Source of the DNA: Octopus vulgaris
Lineage: Eukaryota
Direction: 5' to 3'
Length of the DNA stretch: 64,000 nt
Assembly: GCA_951406725.2 (NCBI GenBank)
Contig: OX597824.1
Coordinates: 21,514,001 to 21,578,000 of the forward strand
How positions within the stretch are numbered: the stretch's first letter is position 1; every line of letters begins with the position of its first letter. A program made the position numbers and the translations under genes. Shown here piece by piece: positions 53,008-64,000 of this stretch. Under the pieces are notes generated by a model, which did no database searches, was not told where the DNA came from, and worked only from the letters and a program-made list of their open reading frames with translations.

Positions 53008-56000
53008 CTGAGATTGGTATGGTTGATGCCATTAATGTTCCATATGTAACCTTATAAATCAGTGTCTGCAAGAAATACATGATTAGGGAGAGAATTCCAG
53101 AGAGCCAACATTATGAGAATGCAAGACAGGGTGTAGTGGTTAGTACTAGGTCTAGGGTGTCTGGACACAAGAAGGATTGTGAAAGGAGGAGAGATGAGGA
53201 GGTCAGGAATATTTAAGTGGTTGTGGCATAAACCCAACCAACTCTAAGGAACAGGGACCATTAAAATAGAAATAGAAAAGAAAAATATAGTTTAAGATTG
53301 TCTCTTTGTTCTTTTAGTTGTTTCAGTCATTGGACTACGACCATGCTGGAACACTGCCTTGAAGGGTTTAGTCAGTTGAGTCAACCTCCAGTACTAGATT
53401 TTTAAAAGTTTGGTACTTATTCTCTCGGACGCCTTTGCTGAACTGCTAAGTTATGGGGATGTAAACAAACCAACACTGGTTGTCGAGCAGTGGGGAAAGG
53501 GACACACGCTAAGATGCACACGTGCATACACAAACTCACATGACAGGCTTCCACATAGTTTCCGTCTATCAAATTCACTCACAAGGCATTGGTTAACCCA
53601 GGGTGAGCCTGAACCCAAAACCATGCAGCTTTAAGGCAAAACCCCTTAACCACATGTCCATGCCTGCATCAGTGTCCAGTTTTTGCTTTGGACATAGGTT
53701 CTTCTTTTGGATTAGCGAAGCAAACAGGTTGTCTTTCATGAATGTTCCATGCTCCAAGAATTAAAGACAATTCTAAAAGGTGAAAGTATGTAGTGTTGAT
53801 GTGATAGTATAGAACTGGATAAAATAAAAATGTTAATTCTAGCATAAAAATTACTTCAGAACACAAAAAAATGTGACTTAGCATAATAGATCATTTGGGG
53901 ATGTTTCCAGGTCATTTTTAACGATTCAATTTGATAGAAAAGGCTGCATATAGTTTCGTGTGTTTTCTATGAGATTTCTATCCGTAGTTGTGTCTGGGGA
54001 GAGTCATTTTCTTTTTGTGCCTTATAATGTAACATTCACCGGTAAAATTTCCACTTTTTGTCTTATTTTTATTTTCCTAAAATTTGCAATTGTCTTGCAA
54101 CCTTTTCAATAGTTTTGACTCTAAGTCTATCCGTTGTGTTGTAATTTTCGGTATTTCCAAAATATTTTGGGAAATTAGATTCTTATAAATCAATGTTGTT
54201 TTATAGTAAACTAGCAGTATCGCCCGGCGTTGCTCGGGTTTGTAAGGGAAATAACTATATAAGCATTTTTAGAGAGTTACTTCTCTTATATAATAGCAAA
54301 AAATGCATTAAAAATGGGAAAAAATGATGATAAATTTTTTTTTAAATCGTAGACTCATTGTAGACGCGCGCTTTCCAGCATTCTCCACATTTCATATGAT
54401 GTTGTATGGACATGTTATTTTTACTGGCCAATAGAAAGTGGTTCTGAGAAGTGATTTGCATATCATTAGCATATTGCATCACCAGCAAAAATGCAATCAG
54501 TGCAGTGAGGGTTAAATATCATAATAATTGATTTCAATTAACACCTTTAAAATTAATGCCTCAGTTTTGCTGCGTTTTTTTTTTATCTTTCTCTGATTTA
54601 ATTTAGAGAAACCAATTGCAGAATAAAAAATTGTGGGCTTGTAAATTTAAAGACCTACTGAAGAAATAAAATAAAATAAATGCACCCTTTTAAAGCCTAG
54701 CCAGGCACAGAGGCCCGGTTTCCCGGTTTCTATGGCATATGTGTTCCCCCCAGCTTGATGAGATGCCAGTCCATCACAGCGTTACTCAAGAAACGGGAAG
54801 AAAAATTGAAAGAAAGTTGTGGCAAAAGAGTACAACAGGGGTCGCCACCACACCCTGCTGGAACCTCGTGGAGCTTTTAGGTGTTTTTACTCAAAAAAAC
54901 ACCAACACCCAATCCTCTGACCGCGAGTCCGCTGCCCTAACCACTGGGCCATTGCACCTCCACTGAAGAAATAGCAGCTCCAAAATGTAGCACCATTATA
55001 TTCTAAAGCAACTCTTATGTTATTCAGTACAGCTTTTATAACGATAAAAATTACAATTCCATCTGATATTATTTGTTGAAAAGCCAACAGGAAACATTCG
55101 ATGCATTTGATTTCAGTGAAATGAAGTCATCTTCATACCATTTCTGCTGTTGGTGGGTACCTGGATTTTAAATTTTTTTACCCATCTTTTCCACCCTCTT
55201 TGGTCTAAGGCTTTCCTTCTTAGCCACGATCAGTCCAGTATAGAACTTAATCTTTTCTACAATAGGCACAAGGCCTGAAATTTTGGGGAAAAGGGGCCAA
55301 CAATTTTGTGCCTGTTGTAAAAAAGATTAGTTTCAATATCGTGCACTGAGATCAATGTAATTGTCGGCCCCTTTTCCCCAGAATTCCAGGCCTTGTGCCT
55401 ATTGTGGAAAAGATCAGTATAGAACTTAATATTGGTGTAACTCCCACCTAGTGTTTCCCTGTACTTGTGGTAATCCTGTTGGCGATCATCTCCTTTTAAG
55501 GTAATAAGTGTCATTGCAACCGTCTGAAGAATCTCTTCTGTCTTTGTCAGGATTTTGTTATTTGATTCTTCCGGGTTCACACCCACCCTCATGGAGAGGC
55601 CCAGTAGGGGACTGGTTTAGCCACTGACTCCTCGACCATGAGTGGCAGGTGGCACTTTACATTTAAGGCGGCGAGCTGGCAGAAACGTTAGCACGCCGGG
55701 CGAAATGCTTAGCGGTATTTCGTCTGCCGCTATGTTCTGAGTTCAAATTCCGCCAAGGTCAACTTTGCCTTTCATCCTTTCAGGGTCGATTAAATAAGTA
55801 CCAGTTACGCACTGGGGTCAATATAATTGACTTAATCCATTTGACTGTCCTTGTTTGTCCTCTCTGTGTTTAGCCCCTTGTGGGTAGTAAAGAAATAGGT
55901 ACTTTACATTTGAAAATGTAGGAATCGAACAAAGTGTAAATTTTATGAATCTGAATCTAAAATTACCGTTTCCATTGTGTATTACTTCGGTCATGCTGCC

Positions 56001-56573
56001 ATTTAGGAGTTCTATAAATATTCTTGAACATTTGAAAGAATTTATGTTTGGATATTTGTCTTTCCAGGATAATATTTATTCTATTAACTTTAGTATTTTG
56101 TGTTTAACTAACTTGACAATAACATGTTTATGCTTTATAAATTCATTTATTTAACTATATATACTGTATATTTATATAATAAGCGAGCATCTGGGTTCTT
56201 TACCAGAATTAAACATTACTCTCACATGAGAAAACTAAGTTGATAAAAAAAATATATCTAAAATAATATTGTATAAAAGTCTATATTTGTGGATATTAAT
56301 TGTAACAATAATAATATTGAAACATTTTTAATATATTATACTTCTCTGTAAACAATTAAAGATAAATATATATATATAAAAAAAATATATTAAGTTTTGA
56401 AAGTCCCCTAAAAACCCGAAGTGTTAGACATTATAAGTTTGATAATTTAAGACTTATAATACAATGTTCTCTCCTTACATACAGAAAATATAAGCAGAGA
56501 AAGTCCCCACGAAAAGGATTCATTCTCCGTGTGAAGTATTTCTGTTGATGGAATAATTTGTTTTCTAATTCAG

Positions 56574-56633
56574 ATAATGAAAGTAGCTCGAAGTACTATC
56601 ATGACTACTCCATCAACTCTACGACCAGGAGAG
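56574..56633 (+). CDS. Candidate C-terminal exon, 60 nt (IMKVARSTIMTTPSTLRPGE in phase 0; DNESSSKYYHDYSINSTTRR in phase 1)
   Basis: Acceptor ttttctaattcag and a strong GAG|gtaagc donor. It is a non-repetitive GC-richer island, open in two frames. Confidence 0.5.
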
Positions 56634-56979
56634 GTAAGCCAACTAAGTACTGTGCCTCACGATTACATATAACTCTCAGAATAATACAAAGCTCAGCTTA
56701 GCTTCTTTTGTGACTTCACTGTAGCAAGTACCAGTAATTGCATAAGGGAAGCCTTCGGTATTATCATAATTGCATGTAAATATTGAAGCATGGTCTCATT
56801 TTTCTATATTGTGCTAATTTTGAGAGAGTGTCTTTGAGTTTTTTTTTTAACATTAAGTGAATAATGTAACCAGGGTAATTTCTAATTAGGTTATTTAAGC
56901 AATCAACTAGGGAAAAAAATAACAGGGTTTTTTGGGTTTTTTTTTTTTTCAAATTTAAATATATGTTTAATTATTACAG

Positions 56980-57033
56980 ATTAGTTCTGTTGATTCACAT
57001 CCTTCTTCTTTCAGAACTTTCACATTAAAATAG
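56980..57033 (+). CDS. Candidate terminal coding exon (ISSVDSHPSSFRTFTLK*)
   Basis: Acceptor ttattacag. The phase-0 continuation from 56633 is open to TAG at 57031-57033. Confidence 0.3.
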   Translation: MSSVDSHPSSFRTFTLK

Positions 57034-57131
57034 TTTTTAAACAAAATTTTTAAATGCGGGTTCAGTCTTACATTTACTAATTTATATAAATATATATATA
57101 TTTATATTATATATATGTATATACATGTATA

Positions 57132-57253
<122 letters not shown>

Positions 57254-57334
57254 GGAAAAGACTTGGATAAAAACGAAAAGTAGAATACAGTCATGTTTCC
57301 AATACAATATGTCTAAAAGAGAAACTGTTCCCGC

Positions 57335-57388
<54 letters not shown>

Positions 57389-59846
57389 ATGTATATTTAT
57401 ATTTATAATTATAATTATATATAAACATTTTATTTATAACAAATGTGATGCAGAGTTGAATATTTATTATTAAACTGCTGACAGTCACTTCAGAGTTTTG
57501 CTAAGAGTGGCTTATCAAAATATTTGATAGACCACCCCCAGTGAAAAACAGCATAATAATTATTAACCTTTTGGTATTGTGTGTGTGTGTGTGTGTGTGT
57601 GCAAATGGAAGAGAGAGAAAAATTATTGAATAAATAGAGTTCATTAATTTAATTTGAATTGATGACTTTTGTCATTATTAGGCCAAGTTTCTCCCCTCTA
57701 AGCATTTGTTTAGGCAACAAAAAAGGGTTTTGTTTCTCAGAGACGGGGAACTTGGAATAGCCACAGTGTGATTTTATCAACTGCAAGTGAATGCAAATAT
57801 ATCATGTCATCATCATCATCGTCATCTTTGCAATCATTGTCATTGTCAGCATCACCATCATCGTTGTCATCATGACCACCACCACTACCACCACCACCAC
57901 CACCATCATTTCACATCTATTTTTCATGCTGTCATAGGCTGGATAGGTTACCAGGATTCAAGGCGGCGAGCTGGCAGAAACGTTAGCATGCCGGGCGAAA
58001 TGCGTAGCTGTATTTCGTCTGAGTTCAAAATCCGCCACGGTCGACTTTGCCTTTCATTTTTTCGGGGTTGATAAATTAAGTACCAGTTACGCACTGGGGT
58101 CAATATAATCGACTTAATCTGTTTGTCTGTCCTTGTTTGTCCTCTCTGTGTTTAGCCCCTTGTGGGTAGTAAAGAAATAGGTTACCAGGTTCCAAGTCAG
58201 TGCTTATTTGGAGTTACTACCCCCATCACATTGGAGACCCTGTCTTGCTCATATATCTATACTTGGAAGGGTTTCTATAGCTGGATGCCCTTCATAAAGC
58301 TAACGACTTTACAAGGTGTGCTGTTTGCATTTTTATTGTGGCACGAGCTTTAGGGAAGTTGTCTTGTGTCTGGCAAGATGAAAGAATTCTCTCTCCTCTA
58401 TTTTCTCTTTTATTTCATTCAAGAAATGTGGCTGAGAGAGGAAACAGATAAAGAGCAAGAAAATAGAAGAGGGATTTTGATGGAGAAGAGCTGATTGATA
58501 GGGGTGAATAGAGGAAGTGGTAATAGAAGTGAGACAGTGATTGGTAACAACATGTCGCTTATGGATAAGGAAATTGAATAGAAACACAATTGTGAAGAAT
58601 GTGAGAGAGTGATTAAAAGTTGACATGAGGGTGAGAGGGAGATTAATATGAAAGAGTAAGAGAGAGAGAGAAAATGAAAGGAGGGGAGTGATATATATAT
58701 GTCAACAATGAATGATGGATGTGTATGTGAAACAGAGATTGATAAATAATATTAAAAATGAGAGAGAAAGAGAGAGACAGAGAGAGAATTTCTTTATTCA
58801 CCATAAGGTTGAGAAAAAGAGGGGACGATACGAGGACTGACAAAACAAACATTGGGGTCAGGGTATCGAATGAGATGAAATATATGAATAAACAAATAAT
58901 TAAATTATATACAATTAAATGAGAATGAGTGATTTACAAAAAATGAAGCGGAGGACGCAGAGAGAGAGAGAGAGAGAGAGAGAGAATCTGATAAAGATAG
59001 GCAATGGTAGGAGGTGATTAAATAAGGATTGATAGAATGCTATTCCTCATTACACAGGCAGCATGATGGGAGAGAGGCAGAGTGATAAAGAGTAATGGTA
59101 GCAGGGCTGAAATAAAGACAGACCCCCCCCAAATTCCAAACTTCATCACCCGACCCCCATTTTAACATCCATTTTGTCATGCTTGCATGGGTGGGTCGTA
59201 TCGTACCACAATCATTTACCATCACCATTGTGAGGTTCAGTTTCTCATGATCAGGAATCACTATTTCTTCCTATGTCTACCTGGGTCTTAATCTGCCACG
59301 TGTTCAACACACTTTAAGGGTTCACTAAGCACTTTCTTTACACAACCGACATCTTTCATGTACATCACGTGCGCAGACCATTGCAGTCTCTCATTTCCTG
59401 CACACTGCATCTGGTTTCTCTTCCGTCCGAATTTCCGATCTCTCATCTCATTTGTGCCGTTCGTTGTTCCTTCCCACTGACATTCCACACTCCGGTACCG
59501 CATGCTTGCTTCACTTCTCTCTCCAGCCTTCACAAACCTTTCACATTTAAGGCCGACACCTTGCAACTGTACAGCATTGCACTTTGTACACGAGACTCAT
59601 AGCCTTCTGCTCTCCATTACAAGTATGTGCATGGATGTGCACTCACATTCACATATTCATATTGTCTGAATGTGCACGTGCACACACACACACACACACA
59701 CACACTCATATATATATGTTAATACACAGCAAAGTGCTTGTTAAATTATCTGTTTTCTACATGCACACTTACACATGGACATTCTCTGTCTGTCTCCCTC
59801 TCTCTGTCTCTCTCTTTCTCATTGTCTCTGTGTCTGTTTCTCTCTT

Positions 59847-59877
<31 letters not shown>

Positions 59878-59971
59878 ATCCATCTCTCTTTCACAGTTAC
59901 AGTGTTTCTTTAAAGCATTTTAATTCACAGATAATTCAATATATTGATTCGCATTTCAAAATTTTATGATA

Positions 59972-60084
59972 TTCTTCTTCTTCTTCTTCTTCTTCTTCTT
60001 CTTCTTCTTCTTCTTCTTCTTCTTCTTCTTCTTCTTCTTCTTCTTCTTCTTCTTCTTCTTCTTCTTCTTCTTCTTCTTCTTCTT

Positions 60085-60115
<31 letters not shown>

Positions 60116-60138
60116 TTATTATTATTATTATTATCATT

Positions 60139-60171
<33 letters not shown>

Positions 60172-60190
60172 CATTTTCTTCTTCTCATCA

Positions 60191-60220
<30 letters not shown>
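59972..60220. repeat. Compound microsatellite (TTC)n followed by (TTA)n
   Basis: Directly visible. It produces the poly-L/K/R/F pseudo-ORFs. Confidence 0.97.
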
Positions 60221-60223
<3 letters not shown>

Positions 60224-60693
60224 GATAATTTTTATTTTACTTTAAGCAGTAACTCCCTAAGCTTTTTATACCCCATTCTTTCATGGGCTACAATCCTTTT
60301 TTTTTTTTTGAAACAGCCCCCTCCACTGCTAATCGGGTTACCTTGGTAACAAAAGCTATTAAAGCCTTCCAAGAATTTGATAGAATCTATTTTCTTAAGA
60401 TTCTTATTGATGATTGCTCAGGTGCACCTGCCACATATGACGTTTACATTTATTGTCAGCTTACCTGTGACCCCCACAACAACTGTTGTGTAGCCACCGT
60501 TTACACTGAGTGCACAGGTTCACATTCACATATATGCACACCTGGTCTAAATTTCATAAATAGTCCCGCTTGAATAAGTCTATGGCAGAGGTTATCTACA
60601 TCACCCAGTATGATTTCAGTAGAGATTTAGTATGCATGTACATTTGTGGGCATGTGTGTGTATATGTATGTATATATATACATATGCATATGT

Positions 60694-60728
<35 letters not shown>

Positions 60729-60751
60729 AATGTTTATATATATATATTTTA

Positions 60752-61005
60752 TCTATCTATCTATCCGCTCAGTCAAGTCGACTCCCGGTCACTCGATGGA
60801 TCAGTTTTCTCCAACCAGTTCTATCCTGGGTCGCTTCTTTCAGATTGGTCATGGCCACTCCCGTGTTACTCTTGATAGTGTCAAGCCAGCGGGTTCTTGG
60901 TCGTCCTCTTCTTCTCTTGCCACTGACCATTCCGAGCATGATGTCCTTCTCCAGGAATTTTCTCCGCATAATATGACCAAAATATGTCAATCTTTGCTTG
61001 CATAG
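60752..61005 (-). mobile_element. RTE/BovB-like LINE 3' end with (GATA)n tail
   Basis: The peptide KQRLTYFGHIMRR..LEKDIMLGMVSGKRRRGRPRTRWLDTIK...DRTGWRKLIHRVT is typical of the RTE ORF C-terminus. Confidence 0.85.
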
Positions 61006-61094
61006 ATTGGCATATATTTTATGTATATATTTATATATATGTTTTGACATATATACATATATATATGTATATATATATACATATGAGTGTGTGA

Positions 61095-61152
<58 letters not shown>

Positions 61153-61451
61153 CAAAACATAAATAAGGGTCATTACATATTTCTTTATTGTAAATTTGAC
61201 TTCCAGATATTTCCACTAGTCATCATAGGTTCGTTATTCATTGGTTTACTCAATTGATTGGTTGAAAAAAATTAAACCTACTGGATTAATGCTACTCTTG
61301 TCACAGTCACATGTGTTTTACATATATATATATATATATATATATAGTTATCAGTAATAATATAGGGTGAAATTAATTAATTTGGAATAATCATTAATTT
61401 CACCAAGTAGATTTCGGCATGTAAAAGCCTCATTCAAGGAAAGTTTAAGTA

Positions 61452-61642
61452 ATACTAAGTAATTAAGAGTTTAGCAACGATTTGCCTCACCACACACCGA
61501 ATACACACCGAATTTAGAAATAGCAGTCAAAGAGTTATAGCTATTCTTTCTACTAGTAGAAAGAATAGCTATAACTCTTTGACTGCTATTTCTAAATTCG
61601 GTGTGTGGTGAGGCAAATCGTTGCTAAACCCTTAATTACTTA

Positions 61643-61646
<4 letters not shown>
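61452..61646. repeat. Loopless palindrome (~92-bp arms) centred on tact|agta
   Basis: The arms match except for an 11-nt duplication (tacacaccgaa) in the left arm and one mismatch. It ends in a (TA)n tract. Confidence 0.95.
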
Positions 61647-61693
<47 letters not shown>

Positions 61694-62558
61694 CTATATT
61701 TTACTATGGCTGGGTCACCAGTGTATTTTGACTGGAATCTAACAAGAGAAATCTAGTCTCATAGTCAGTTCAGAGTTGCCTCCCTTCCCAGTTTTCAACG
61801 TTGATGAAATGATGAAATCTCTCCAAACTTACTTGATGCATTTGCAACTTTTAGACTATAACAAGGATATTTCTCTATGACATAATGCAGTGAATGACCT
61901 TATATATATATATATATATATATATTGATAGTGACGTTGAAGTTTTGGTCAGCTAAACCATAATTAGACTGATGCATTAAGGTAATTTTTGTCTTTATAT
62001 AGTACCTGTGGAGATATAATTTTTCTGGGATTTGTTCAGTTGAATGGTAATTAAGTTGTAGAGTAGGTTGTGATGGAGAGGTGTTGTGGAGAAATTTTTC
62101 ATTGATTAAATTTGGGGTTATGTTATTGTTCAGAATTTATTCATGCATGTACACCTTTGTAAACAGGTGTGTATATTTAGGGGTGTCAACTTCAGGTCAT
62201 GAGATTGCTTTTTAGTGGTTCACAAAAAGGAAGCAGGTATGGTAGAGGAAGTTTTTTTGTCTGAAGATATGTCTTATTTTTAGTTATTATTGTGGTCTTA
62301 TCAGATTCCATTCTTTGCTTTGGCAATGTAAAAGAATATATATTGTCCACTCAGCAAATGGACATTAAGCCACGTGTGCAATACAAGCACTGCCTGCTTA
62401 GTTCAGATGTCACTTGGTTTAAACCACTTCCTTGTCCTTGAGTGCCTCTATTGGAGCCTGTTCTCTTGTAGGCATTTATGCCAGGTGTCCTGTGAGAGGA
62501 TAACTTTCTCCTTTCCTCTTACCATTCCTTGAGAACTTGAGTCCTTGAAAACTGCCAT

Positions 62559-62864
62559 CTCTATATATATAAACGGCAAAATGTATGTCTGTGTGTGTGT
62601 CCTTTATACAAATCCACAATTTTTCAGTTAGAGGGCTCGTGCACATCTTTACATTTCCCCAGTCACCCCGCAAAGCCATTAAAAAATCAATAGAAGTAAC
62701 TTTTTTGTGAATTTTCTATCCCAAACCCAATCAAAATGCCCGAAACTTGATACACCAATTGAATGCCAGCTAGCTGTATGTGATTGGTCAGAAATTTGGA
62801 CAGTACTTGCATGTATGTGCACACGCCCGTAGCTGTATATGCATGCACTAGCACTAGTGCTAGT
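62559..62864 (+). mobile_element. Possible non-autonomous Helitron remnant
   Basis: The 5' end tctctatatatataaa...gtctgtgtgtgtgtc resembles the 51284 element, and it ends near ctag motifs. The 3' hairpin is unclear. Confidence 0.4.
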
Positions 62865-63352
62865 TAGTACAATTTGTCCTCTTGTGACTTATTGAAAAAC
62901 GTTTATGCAAAGTCTAGTTTGTCTTAATTGAACAGGGTTGACATATATTTTTTATAAGTGGAAGGCAGAACAATCAAGTTGATCATTGCCGAGATTTGAA
63001 TACAGATTGTAAAGGGACATAATTCATATAGTAATATGTTCAGCATGGCAGTTAATTATGTCCAGCATGTTGCTATCCCTATATCAACCAGATTTCAGAA
63101 AAGAAATCAAGAGTGAAGTGGCAGCCTTTGTCATTAACATCGGGAAGTTTTGAAAACTACTTTCCCAGTTTATTGTTTCCTAAAATATTTTATTTTATTT
63201 TAATTTATTTAATGCTTTCACCAAGGAAGCTTATTCAAACTGGTGACATTTTTTTACCTGATATTTAGTTGGAATCTAAAATGTACCTGTGGTTATTTCT
63301 ATCAAACCAGGAAATATTTATGCATTCAAATAAACATAACAGATTTGTGTAT

Positions 63353-63410
<58 letters not shown>

Positions 63411-63532
63411 TCTATTATTCATAAGATACATTGATGAGATGAGGCAGATTTAAGGCTCATGGTTATTTTGAGTGACCTAATGTGTATGTGTATAAATGTA
63501 TATCATATATCTGTCTGTCTGTCTATCTCTCA

Positions 63533-63596
<64 letters not shown>

Positions 63597-64000
63597 GTAT
63601 GTATGTATATATGTATATATTATATATATATATGTATATTTATATATATATATGTATATTTATATATATGTATATATATATATATATATGTATATGTATA
63701 TATATATATGTATATGTATGTATGTATGTATGTATGTGCGTGTGTATATATGTATGCATATATGTGAGTGAGTGAGTGTGTGCATGTGTTATTATAGAGC
63801 AATTTTTTTCAGCTGTGTATATTTTCCGCATACAATCACACACTCACACATGCACATGCACAAACACCCATTCACTGTCACACACACATACACACACACT
63901 CACGCATATGCACATTCTATGTTTAAGGCTTCTTAATTTGCAGATAATTGAATGCATTGATTTGCATTTCATAATTTATTTTAATTACTTTTTTACTGCA

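Overview
AT-rich, microsatellite- and SINE-dense animal genomic DNA, most likely an octopus or other coleoid cephalopod (inferred from the SINE families and the (TA)n/(TG)n load). The window holds the 3' two-thirds of one + strand multi-exon gene, a BRSK1/2 (SAD-1/sugar-free frosting) AMPK-related kinase. Ten GT-AG exons (10195-49203) splice in phase and encode the post-kinase linker, UBA, SCR, AIS and KA1 regions, followed by several less certain C-terminal exon candidates (50123-57033). I found no kinase-domain exon, so these presumably lie upstream of the window. Introns contain at least four SINE-like families, RTE/CR1-like LINE fragments, Tc1/mariner (DD37D-like) and pogo relics, TTAA-, hAT- and Merlin-like MITEs, and non-autonomous Helitrons. 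The most notable non-annotated signals are: (i) a complete minimal type-I hammerhead ribozyme of the Penelope-associated kind at 809-912 (-), plus degenerate copies; (ii) a series of long, near-perfect hairpins and palindromes, mostly next to (TA)n tracts, including a 32-bp-unit tandem foldback, which would give long dsRNA in the kinase pre-mRNA; (iii) an in-frame alternative donor and a possible frame-switching microexon system for the C-terminal tail. Almost all ORFs in the supplied track are microsatellite or repeat artefacts.
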